Assembly: GCA_973895155.1 (NCBI GenBank)
Contig: OZ316893.1
Location: 10,793,660-10,857,659 of the forward strand
Reading direction: 5' to 3'
Source: Marsupella aquatica
Lineage: Eukaryota; Plantae; Marchantiophyta
DNA length: 64,000 nt
The translations under genes and the position numbers were made by a program. Below the pieces are notes generated by a model. It saw only the letters and a list, made by a program, of their open reading frames with translations, was not told the origin of the DNA and ran no database searches. Shown piece by piece: positions 34,786-46,950 of the stretch (the first letter of the stretch is position 1; each line of letters opens with the position of its first letter).

Positions 34786-37400
34786 GCGTATCCCATTTTG
34801 GATTCAACCGATGAATCACACGCATTTTAGAATCAAAAGATAGAAAATTCAATGTTGAATGCAAAGTGGGATACCATTTAGTATTCAACCTCTGAATATC
34901 TCTCACGGTAGGTTTGAAAGGCAGAGGTTGAATGTGAAGTGGGATATTGGGTATCCCATTGGGTATCTCACCATAAACACACTGATGAACCAAATGAAGA
35001 GTGGGAATGCACAAGCCGTAAGTTCAGGAGTTGAATACGAAATGGGATACCACGTATCCTACTTTATATTCAATCCAAGCATATGAGGCTTTTGGAATGC
35101 AGAAGCCATAAATTGAGAAATTCAATCCAAAACTAGTGAATACCGGGTCATTCTTAACTTTGAGCCCCTAAGCTTTCAATTGTTTTTTCAAAGTCAAATC
35201 CAAAGACCCTATCTAGCTGCCTGAGAATCTTGAAATGATCCAAATTCATACTTAACATCTTCATCACTAGTTGTGACAAGAATTGATATGAAAACAATGA
35301 AAGATTGACTAAGATATGATCAGATTAAGTTGTGGGGTGAAATTATAAAAACTTAAGTTTGTACCCTCTCACGCTTTGGAAGCCATATCTTTATCGGTAT
35401 TTATCCAAATTCCTTATAATTGATATTGTTAGAAAGAAGAGCTTGAGACTTTTCAGTCGTTTTACTCGGCGCTGCAAAAATAGAAAAAGAAAAAATCTAA
35501 GATTAGGCAAAATCTTGCAAAAAAATTAGATTGCATTTGTAAAAAAATCACAAATGATCAAAACTTCAAGAGGAATACCAAGTGGGATACCAAGTATCCC
35601 ATGTAGTATTCAAACATGTTATTTCACAAATCTAGAAAGGAAAAAGTCATAAAACCTTGTATATATACCAAGTGGGATCCATGGATTCCACATTTGGTAT
35701 AAGAACATGTTGTTTTATCCCATTTGGTATAAGAATATGTTATTTTACAAATCAAGAATTTTACAAAGACCAAATAAAATCTAATTTGATATTCAAATGT
35801 GAAAATGGATGAGTGACTTGTGATCGAGGGCCAATCCGGGACTTTGAATCTAAGGTGGGATCCATAAACCAACTTGGTATTTGCCTCCATTTTTAGGTAG
35901 GTCTGTTGATGGGTCCTACATATTTTGAAAGAGTAAAAAATGGATGTGATTGGGGTTGTGCTGAGCAAGGTAAAATCCAAAATTGTTTTGGAGTTGAATC
36001 AACAAATGGAACTCATGGATCCGTGTTGGTATGGATCCGTGTTGGTATTCAAACCTCAAATATTGAGGTGTGAGGTGTGGCAAGGGCAAATTTTGGCGGG
36101 TGAATACCAAATGGGATCCGTGGATCCGTGTTGGTATTCAAACCTCAATATCAAGGTGCGGCAAGGGCAAATTTTGGCAGACGAATACCAAATGGTTTTG
36201 AGTGGGTTATTTTTGGACTTGTTCAGAAAAATGAGATAAGTGGATCCCTATTGGCATTCCCTGATTGGTTGTACGGGGGTTTTTAAAGCGAGAGTCTGTC
36301 TTTTCAAGGAATGCTGAAATTTAAATTGTAGATTTCTGAGGAAGTCGTCGTAAATCCCAGTTGGTCTTCAAACTAGAATATCAAGGTATGCGATGCAAAA
36401 ACTTCAAAATGTAGAGGTTGAATACTAGATGGGATCCATGGATCCCATCTGGTATTCATCCTCTTGTTTTCCCAATGAGGTTTTGGACTTGCAAAAATAA
36501 TGGGATCCATGGATCTCAGTTGGTATTCATGTCAAAAGATCTCCTGATGCAAAGTTGTAGGTAAAAAACATTGAGGTTGAATACGAGAGTGGATACTTGG
36601 ATCCCGTCTCGTATTCATCATGCATTATGGGCTAAAATATTTCCAAAGATGTCGTCGGGTTAACTTAACTAACTGTGTGGGTCGACTGTAGTCTGTGGTC
36701 AGTTTTTCGCAGTTTTCAGTTTTACCGCAGTTAAAAATTCAAATATTTTTAAACTCAAGGTTAAATGGAAGCGTCAAGAGAATGATTTGGTGCGGTTTTC
36801 GTTCACGTTCAATGGTTGAATCCAAAATGGGATACGCCGTATCCCATTTTTAGTTTGCCATTTTGATTGTGAAAATGAAATCTTGTGTTTTCCTAGTTTT
36901 GTTTGACGCTTGGATTTAGCTTTTAGAAGGATCACGTGAAAATCATTGTTTTTCTAGGTTTTGGAATTTGCCCTTTTTTTAGATGAAGTGTCTCGGAATT
37001 ATGGAATGTAACAATTCTTTGTTTTTGTGTCGATAGTATCTCGATTTGAAATCCGATGTTGGATGCAATTTTGGATTCATTCTCAAAATAGCGTTTTTGA
37101 TCTTAATTTTAGTGATTTTTGCCATTTTTTGCAAAATCAAAAACACACTTCTCGTTTGGTGGTCATACTTCTCATTTGGTCCGTCACTGTGTTATTGCTG
37201 TTGAGACAACGGCATGCTGACTATGGTCAATTGCGGAGGTAACTGCAAGGTAAGTTTGACAAACTGTGCGGTAATTTCTTATCGTCTGTGATGTAAAATA
37301 GTTACGGTAAATAACCAAAAACTGAGAAAAATGACATTGGGTTAGAACTTTCATGGTTGAAATCCGAAGTCCGATACAGGTATCGGACTTTGTTTGAAAA
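34786..37400. repeat. Dispersed array of ~40-50-bp imperfect palindromes separated by variable spacers
   Basis: Consensus ~TTGAATACCAAATGGGAT(A/C)C-N2-3-G(G/T)ATCCCATTTGGTATTCAA; about 15 full or half copies; best copy 36414-36463. Confidence 0.85.
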
Positions 37401-40400
37401 GTGGATATGGATTTCTAGATAAGACCTTTCATATATCTTCGGAGAGCGTGAATATGAGGTTCAAGCGAACGTTTTTCGGATCTAATTTTTCCTTGATAAA
37501 TTGAATGTTTGTGACCATTAATTTCAGTGGTTTGGAACATTCCTGAATTTCCTGATTCAATCCAAACTCCGATACGGATTACATTATTTCCCCAAAAGCG
37601 TGTTTTTGATAAAAAAAACCACCAATTTCGCGAGATTCGGCGGAAAATGAAAACACACTTCTCGTTTGCGGAAATAGTTCTCGTTCGGTCGGAAATCATG
37701 TTCAAGAAGGAAATAATCTAAACACTCCATGGACCAAAGAGCTACCAAAATTCATAGACTGATTGTTTCATTCATCGGAACTTTGATAAGATTGATGCAG
37801 AATCTGGAAATCCACGTTAATACCTGCTTGATCAATGTGGCCCTGAGGAAAGTACCACAACTTGATCTGCATCCATTTCCTCCTCATCTGATGGAAGGAA
37901 AGAACAAGATAGACTCAATAACACACACTCCAGCAATTATATGTAGTTTGTAGCCAGGCTTCACTTGTGAACATTTATCATTGAAACTGTATTCCCAAGT
38001 GTGTCTGTAAAAGATTTCATTTCAAGTAAAAGGGTGAGGACTCAAGGCTTGACACCTTTAAGCCATGATTGGCAAGCAGACCATAATTCTACAAGAGGCA
38101 AAAAGTGGGGCCAAGGAGTCAATCCCAAGTCAATAAGTCTAATGAAGGCGTGTAACCTAGCTTGTACACAAAGAGCAGGAACCACAGTAGAGTGACCCAT
38201 GTGATGTAGACACAAGCTTTACACTCATGGATGGCAGACAAGAAGTTGGAAACTGGAGTAAACTGAGAAACATCCTGCAAAGAATGATGAACATGATTGG
38301 GGTTCTCATTGCGGTGGACATAGTTAGAGGTCTTGGAAGTCTTTGAAGAGCTCGTCATTGAGTGTCCTTGCTGCATGTTCATACGGTCGCTTTGATAAGG
38401 CTGACGAAATATGGATATCTGACTGCTCCTTCTAACCAATCCACTTGCTTTGCTCTATTCAAACTACGCTTGTCTCCTCAGAACTCCTCTGCTCGATCCG
38501 CTATGTAAGTGAGAAGCTCCTCTGCAATGGATTCAACAGTCCCAAGTGCCCCAGGTATAAACGGCTAAGCAAGAAAGTTCTATACATGCATGTGCACTTG
38601 ATCATGTACGTCTTAGTATTGTATACGCAATACCTTATAAAGACACAAGGAGTTTTACAATGAGTTCCAAAGTACTTATAAATGACTCAAGGGTATTTTT
38701 AATATCGGGTTTAATATATTAAAAGTTATTTCTTATATTTATAATCAAATGTCTTTTAAAATTTTCATATGAAATTAATAAGAGGTATGTAACATGTAAG
38801 TGTTCACAAGGTATTAGGAGTTTTAGCCTAAGTGATTCCCTAAGGGTTAGTGTTCTTCACTTTCAGCTCGAAGGTAGACCCTTTAACTATCTAGATTCTA
38901 ATGGAAAAATGAGGATGGAGTACCGCATTGAGACAAACAGCCCCGCCGGCAAGAGAGATCAAATCAAAGGGAACTTCTTCTTGTATAACAAAACTGCCAG
39001 GGGTTCAGGTTAGAACTATAGGTAGACCAGGAGACAGAGATGCAGGCTTTCAAGTTCATATGCAGAAATCAATAGTTGACTTAACGACTGCAAATTTTAG
39101 TATGCTTCGTCTTGGGGGGTTTACCTTAAGAAATAGTTGTATACCATGTGCGAACGCGCCTATTTAACCACTCTCTCAAAAAGGAATATGAAGCTCAAAA
39201 TACACACCAATCATTTATTGACATTATAATTCAAAAAAGTGTCAATTATATTCAAAAGAATTTCAATTGAAAGTGCAGCATGCATCCGGACTGATGAAGG
39301 AAAATTATATTTTGGATTCATGTGCAGCAGAAGGGCAAGAGCTTCAAGAGCTTCAAGAGCTTCAGGAGCTTCTGGATTTTCCTTTGTTTTTTTCGACTAT
39401 TTGGGCTGTGTACTTCTTCCTGGCTCCAGTTCAGCTGTCGAGGAACAGGCAAGTGAAGGAGCTTTAATTTGAATCTATGGGACATTCTGCTGCGGAAATG
39501 TGCACACTTTCAGCTTTGTCTTTGGTTGTTCCATTTTAACATGACATTGATGTTATGGTTTGAGATGTTATGGTTTGAAAACATCCGCTGAACAGTAAGC
39601 AATCCCACCTTCCCCATTCTCGTGGTCTGCGCATGAAATGGAAAACTAAGGTGGGATCGACTTCAACCGTCTGATTTATGACGTCATTGTCTTGTGATCT
39701 TAGGATCGTTCAAAAGGGGCGATTGTGCATGCATGACGGATATCTTGGGTTAGTGGGACTGTGGGGCATATGCATGAGGAGTGGATGGGCTCACGAGGTC
39801 AGAGCAGGTGGGAGGGGAAACACGTACGGGCTGGGCATGTCTTTTTCTGTCAAACACCCTCACTTGACCTGCTCCTTCATGTCCACCAATAACGACAACA
39901 TTCTGTGTAATATACTCAAACATTCCAACATAGCCACAACACGTCCCCAAACACGTCCGCAACGAGAACTGTGCAAGTATATATCCGAGTGCCAAAGGAC
40001 CCAAAAAACGCCAAGAAGAAACTTCCACCAAAATTTATAAATCAGGAAAAAACAAATACAATGAAACTTGGAAAGAAAAAGAGGTACAAACCAGAGGAAA
40101 AAGAAAAGCAAGTGCAATAGTAAAAAAGAAAAAAGATAAAGGGAAAAGGGAAAGAGTCAAACAGTACGTGAGTGCGAACAGTGTCCAAAGGCAAAGCCAA
40201 CAAAGGAAGAGAATCTGGAAAAGGCCCCAAGAAGACCAAAGAGGAACAGGCATTAGACTACTCACTATAATTATCTAGAGTAGGACTGATCGCACATTTT
40301 CCTATTTCAATGTGATGAATAAAGTATCACATTTTCCTATTTCTGATGACTAAAGTATTGACAATAAAGTGGAGCTAGAGTCAACCCTTTCCTTTTCAGA

Positions 40401-40565
40401 CGGGTATTTACTCCAGTGACCAAACCCAGTTAAATTGAGAGATGGACTCACTGACTTCATTTGGTGGGAGAAATGAGACTAGCTGATCATGAAAGCTGGT
40501 CAAGCTGTGTGCAGATACGAGGCTAAGAATTGAGGGACTCACGTGATACTTGTTACAAATTCGCG

Positions 40566-43500
40566 ATGGCAGTCAAGGCGAGATTCGGCAATGCGCTCGT
40601 GCTGCTGGCGGTGGCTTTGCTCTCAATCTCTTTCTCCAGAAACACGTATTCTGGTGCGCTTGCGAGTGGTGTCACTGACAACGTGTTCACGCAATGGAAT
40701 GCCGTAGCTCAAAGAGTACGTTTATGCCTCACTAGCTGTTCCTTGCCCTCTCAAATGAATGACTTTCCCCTCATTGCCTCCCCCTTGCTTGCATCCTGGA
40801 TTCGACTATGGTTATTTCGTTTTAATTTGCTCTTTCTGTTTTCTGCTAGGTGGGAATGTAAAATTGCAGTACCGGACTCTACTTTGATATATTTCGTTTT
40901 TGCTCTTCCTGTTTTCTTTAGGTTGTAAATGTGAAATTGTGTGAATCATGCATGGGTGGACATATTCAGTTTGCAATACCGGATTTGACTTTGATGTATT
41001 TATTTTGTTTTTGCCCTTAGTTTCTGTTTTCTGTTGGGTGTGAATGTGAAACTGCATGGATCATGCATGGACTGAGTTTGCAGTACCGAAATTCGACTTT
41101 GATTCTGATGGTTGTGAATGTGAAATTGCATGAATCAAATGGGTGGATTTAGGTTGCAGTACGTACCGACTTTGATTTTCTCGTTTTTGCTCTTTTTTTT
41201 CTGTTGGTTGTGACCTTGCAGTTGTATGGATCATGGGTAGGCTCAGTTTGCAGTTAATTGGCTGTTCTGGAATAGACTAAAGCATTTGTCAATAATTCGA
41301 TGTGTTGAAGTGAATGCAATCTGATTTGTGCTGAAATTTCCGGCTCAGAAATACTTGCTGTGACAACTTTCTTTCCTGCTGAAGTGTGCTACTGAACGCT
41401 TGTATTAGTCGGGGTCTAAATTTGTCTGAATCCTCGTGTAGATCCCCATGTCTACCGAACTTCGATCCTACATTGACAGTTTCTGAAGATCGTGTCGTCT
41501 TAATTAGCTGGTTGGGGTCTAACAGTGAGAAAGATTTTTCTCGCAAGGTTTTTGTGGCATCTCCACCTTCTCCACCGAGGCCATTTGGGACACATCTTTG
41601 AGTATTCGTGAGCATTTAAATTGTCGTAGTGCCACACATTGTTATAAACATGGAAGTCAACTGATCGGATCATTGATGCGAGCTCCATTGATTATAATCA
41701 TATTCTGCTATGTGGATTAGTACGTTAGACCGATCGAACCAAGGTCTTCGTCACTGTTCTCAACGTGGACAAACTTAGCCTGTTTCAGCCGTTCTGTCTA
41801 GCTGATTGAAGCCGAAGTGGGTACCAAGCTGACGTGGGTACGAGGCACCAAGCTGACGTAGGTACGAAGCACGAAGCTGACGTAGGTACGAAGCACCAAG
41901 CTGACGTCTCTCGTACTGATCTGAAACTGCTCTCAAGGCGTGCACTGAGAAGCTAGAGTTAAATACAGTACTTTACATCTAGACATACCGTACAGCAAGT
42001 AAAGGTTCGATGCTCAGAAAGTGTTAGAGAGGTCCTATCCGGGATTTCCGGGCCTTCCAATTCACTAATTGCGTCAGCACTCTTTGATATTAGGAACAGA
42101 TGTCGTTAGTGTAGACGGGACCCTGCCGGTAATCACACATCAAAATGTGGCTGCATGCATTGATTGAAAGGAAAAAACTAGCATTATCACTGTATGCATG
42201 CAGGGGTGTCCTATGCATGCGGGGGTGTCGTACATAGTATATGTCATATTTTGATGTGCAGTTACCGAGACCCAGACGGGACTCTAGTGGAAAACATCAA
42301 TGGACATCGGATTTCGAGTTTTGGAATTAATTGCTCACATTCAAAAAAGTCGCAACTGGTGGTGACAGGAATATGTTAAACTATAGACCAAGAAACGTGA
42401 TGACTCTGAAATCCGAAGTCGTCTACAATGTAAGTCGGTAACAGTCGAAACATTCGAGAATACTCAAGTGATGCTGAACCCTTCTCCCTCGACAATTAAA
42501 ACTTTCAAGTCCAGTTTAAAGAATCTTGCTTTCAGTGTGCACCTTCGAAATTCTGGAAGTAATTTGCTCCGCATCCAACCCCTTCCATCAAATGGAATTC
42601 GAGTGAAGAACTCCGTCAATGGACATCGGATTTCGAGTTTAACAATTAATATATATATATATTGTTCACTGTAAATCGCAAGTGGTGTGCGACAGGGACT
42701 AAGTTAAGCGATAGACCAGCGAAACTTGATATCCGAACTCATCTGCAATTTAAGTCGAAACAGTCGAAATAGTACAGAAATCTTCACATCCAGTTGAAGA
42801 AAATCTTGCTTTCATTGTACAGCTTCGGAAATGTGGCAGTAATTAGCTCCCGCATCCGTCTCCTTTCATCATATGGAACTCGAGTGAGGAATTCAATCGT
42901 GGGTGGTCCCAAGTAAAGTTTGGTCCGATATATTCCGGCTTGGATTGACTTGTTGTCAAATCATTTATTTGGGCGTTTCTTGCTTCACTTGGCCGAATTA
43001 AATTAACCAGGTGAAATGTTGTGGTGTAGGTAGTGCGCACGGTAGGTATACCCAACCAAATCGCTCATCGGACATATGCTTTTGTAGCCCTCTCGCAATA
43101 CAAGGCTCTGCAATTGGCCTACAAGGAAGGGCTCGCGCTCCCGGAGGTAGCTGCAGTCTATGCTGCACATTATGTACTCTCCGAGTAAGTAATCCATAAC
43201 TCTAACGAAATCTGGTGATCGATAGTTATAGCTTGATCTGTACGTCGACTAGCTAGAAGTCGAGGTTGTGGTGGCAAGAATGGAGGCGCTGGGATTCTAT
43301 TCTTAGATCTAAAGTAACTGGAGAAATTCCATAATCTTCTCTTGATCAGTGATCTCTTGCTTCGTCTTTGATATTATTAACGATATGTAAGCGAAGCATG
43401 TTCAGAAGATCTAAGTGGAGGGCAGGTCCTTCCAGAATAATTTTGTACTCTTCACTCGTCTCTTCAAAGATTTCTGGCCTTCTTTAATGAGAGTCGGATG

Positions 43501-46179
43501 CACGGGAACAAACCATCGCCCAGTATATCTCTGACCATGACGAGTGCAGCAGTGATCTCATTGTTTCGTTCAGTTGGAGATTAGGTCTGTGAGTCTACGA
43601 AGATACTAGATGGAGACGAAAGCAATTTATGGCAAAGGTGATTGTCTATGTTTTGTAACATGCCTGTGCGGCATCCAGCAATGCTTGTAGGAGCGGTCAT
43701 CGGGTGAAGTTCGTTCATTGATCTTTGAAATGTGTGACTTGTAGATTGTTCCCTTACCTGCAGTCGCCCAATTTCGATGGTATTATAGCCAAGGACATTT
43801 TCCCTTTAAATTTGACGGAGGTAGAGGATGCAGAGTATCAAAAGGTTGCATTTGAGTTCGCCAAGAAGCTTTTGCAGAAGAGGTAAGCCACCATACCAAG
43901 CGAGCACTAATGGGATCAAAAGGTCCAACGTGAAGGCCCTCAAACTAATGTAGATTCACTTTCCCGATGTGTGAATTTCGCGTACCATAATGCGATCTGC
44001 TCCTATAGAGTTGATGTACAAATTCGCAGGGGTAGGGTTTTACGCGATCATTGAATGAATTTCCCCGTCACATGTTCCTTTCATATATTATTTGAGTACA
44101 GCCGGAAATAGTTGATTTAATTTAGCCACCCTTCAAGCTAAGTACTGAAACGATTGTGGGTACCTTATGCAGGGTTTTAGACGGTAGCCAAAGGTGGGCC
44201 AAGTTTCGACCCGCTCCTCCTGGCAGCCCAGCTGGGGAGTACCAGTACCTTCCCAACCAGACCTTCGTACTTTACCCTCAGCTGGGAAGCACGGACCCCT
44301 TCGTGATCCACAAAGCAGAGGATTGGGACATCTATGGACCCCCTCCTAAAGTAGACAGTGCACAGTATAACTCGGACTATAACACGATGGTCACAGCTGG
44401 CAACGCACTCTCTCCCTTGCAGACTCCGTATGAAAAGGAGACTGCCAAGTTCTGGGAGGATGGCGCAAGTGATTATCTCTCTAATCCACTTTTTATTTGG
44501 CGGAACAAACAAATTCTTAGATCCTCAACTGCATCTTTCGCCCCGTCCTACTCATCGAACTGATATTCGGATCATTGCTCAACGTCTGCAGATACTTCAG
44601 CTGGTGCTGGGCAATTATTCAACGTCACCCTGACAATAGTGGGTTCCTTGAGTCTGAAGGACACAGCCAAGCTCTTCACGAAACTCGCCGTTGGCGCGTA
44701 TGACGCTCACATCGTCACGTATTACCTCAAGTACAAGTACAAATTTTGGCGACCATACTCGGCTGTCACGTACGTACTTTCATGGCTGATAATTCCAGAG
44801 CTAACTTGAGTTTATCTTTCTTCTATCTTGACTCAAGTAAATACTTTAGTGACAATTGACAAGGCTGACAAAGTTCTGATCATTCGACTTGATGTGGTTT
44901 AGGCAAGGAGATTCAGTACACCCACCAAATCCGAACTATGCCACTGTGATCAAAACTCCTCCTCATCCAGAATATCCGAGTGGACACAGTACCAGCGGAG
45001 GCGCCTTTGCCTCAGCAGTGACCAAGTTTCTAGGGATCTCTGTAGAAGATCCAACACCCAATGGACCTTATGAGGTATCCACTGAGGGCTACTTCTTACC
45101 GCCGAGGACCTTCAAAAGCGTCAGTGAACTGTTCACAAACCTCGACAACGGCAGGTATATGATCAATTTTCTCTGATCATTTCTGGAAATTTTGGTCCAT
45201 CATTCGACCGATTGTTGAATTCCGAATTTTGTTGCCAGGATAAAACATGTTTCGTTGACCTATCGAGTAGAACATTTTTGGGCTTAACGTGACAGCTCTC
45301 TATAGCTTCTGGTCATCGTCCGTTCATTATAAGGGACCCCCGATTGCCGAACTGGAAGGATAATCCTAATACCCTGTACAGAATCTGTATGTCTGTGAAA
45401 AAAGGTTGTCTGCTCCACAACAGAAAGTGTGTTTTACATTTGACTCATTTACTTCATCTTCAAACTAGGGAACTGCATTGACTCAGGCGTGAAGTCGCCA
45501 TGTCTGCATGCCGACAGTTCTGAAGATATCGAAAACACAACTCCATAGAATACTGAATTTTCGATTGTTACTCTAAACTCTTATTGAAGAATTTGGCCGT
45601 AATTCGAAAAACAGTAAGCATTTTGACGAGTTTAGTCAACCTCAGTTGAAAGTGAATGAACTGGACAGGTTTTCTTTATACAGTTTTCATTCTGAAAGTT
45701 CTGCATTGCCTTCACTACCTCTTTTTTCAGTTCCCTGAAGAAATGTAGAATACAAGCGTGGGATTATAAAACTGATGCTTATCCCCTTACAGATTCGATC
45801 GATCATCGTTGAGCTGCTTGTGTTTCGTGGTGGTTCCTCCAGCCACGTCGTAATTTTGCCCCAAACTCTTACTGATAGTTCGTCTTGTGCAGGGTGTGGG
45901 GAGGAGTTCATTTCCCAACGGCTACGCATGTTGGCCATCGCGTAGGATCCGATGTAAGCATTTTTTAAGTTCAATTTAAATGTTGCAACTTATGAATACG
46001 TTCATTCAGGATGCAAGTCGGAATGTAAAGAAGTGTACTGTAGATCCATAATTAAGGTCTCTGAAACTTAAACGCACCCATGATCACTAACCAAGAACAA
46101 TTGCATAAATGTGTGGCATTGCTTGCAGGTGACGGCCTACGTTTGGGAGAATTTCGAGAAGAAATTTGGAGATTTGTGA
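40566..46179 (+). CDS. Secreted vanadium-dependent haloperoxidase-like protein (PAP2 superfamily), copy 1, 426 aa
   Basis: Exons 40566-40715, 43030-43184, 43745-43882, 44173-44468, 44592-44769, 44903-45154, 45893-45953, 46129-46179 (1281 nt, in phase, GT-AG). Hydrophobic N-terminal leader; motifs KYKYKFWRP, TPPHPEYPSGHS, RVWGGVHF. Confidence 0.9.
41821..41908 (+). repeat. 24-bp tandem repeat in intron 1 of copy 1, carrying 4 TGACGT motifs
   Basis: TGACG at 41830, 41854, 41878 and 41902; the homologous site in copy 2 (~51901-51920) has one. Confidence 0.9.
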
Positions 46180-46729
46180 TCGGATAAGTAGCCATTAGAA
46201 AGACCCCATTGGGAGCAAGACGGTACTGCAGCGAGAATGAGTTGAGGTTTAGTCACAGGAGTGTACTACCACTCAAACATATCTTGCGCTGGAGTATATA
46301 AATTCGGAACTCCTCCAATATGTGAAATGACTCGTAACTGATGAATTGTGGTGCGAAGAGAAGACTATCCCAAGATCACATGTGGCTCCCTTCAGGGCTT
46401 CTAAGAGATGTTATTACTAAATAAAGCACAACTGTCCATCATAAGACTGTATTCACCATGTTTCACCATTCATAAAAGGTTTTTTCCTGAAATTGTGGAG
46501 AAAACGTGGAGGCGAATAGCATAGTAAAAGGACTGGAATGTGAAACAGGGGGAAGCTTTGAACATGTCTCCATTACATAGGGGCCAGTGGCAGTTTAAGT
46601 TGTGTATTTTAGATGTTACAGAAAGGTCGTTGACAACAATAATATCCTCCTCATTTCTCACCCTGCAAGCAATAACCAATTCCCACCGTACTTTGTGCAA
46701 ATCGTCCTGGGGTACTTGAAACATCATGT

Positions 46730-46950
46730 CATTCTGCACTTTTCTCCTGGGCTGACTTTGAATGTATACCTGGGAGCTCCAACACCTACTGACGAACTGA
46801 ACAAATCATTATGTCAGTCTGCACTTTTCTCCTGGGCTGGCCTCTAATGTACACCTGGGAGCTCCAACACCTACTGAAGCTGCAGTCATTTTGGACTCTT
46901 CTCCTCAGCAGACCTCTAGTGTACACCTGGGAGCTTCAACACCTGGTGAA
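46730..46950. repeat. Tandem repeat, 3 copies of ~70-85 bp
   Basis: TCTCCT..GCTGACCTCTAATGTACACCTGGGAGCTCCAACACCT.CTGA-like unit occurs three times. Confidence 0.85.

Noticed and set aside
34786-37400. CRISPR array reading of the palindrome-spacer pattern
   Set aside because: Repeats are too degenerate, spacer lengths are irregular, there are no cas genes, and the context is eukaryotic.
37960-38860. Possible further solo LTR ending TGTTCTTCA
   Set aside because: LTR-like composition, but no convincing second terminus, TSD, PBS or PPT.
39339-39375. QELQELQEL coiled-coil or LRR-like ORF
   Set aside because: Just a 9-bp microrepeat (AGAGCTTCA) with no gene structure.
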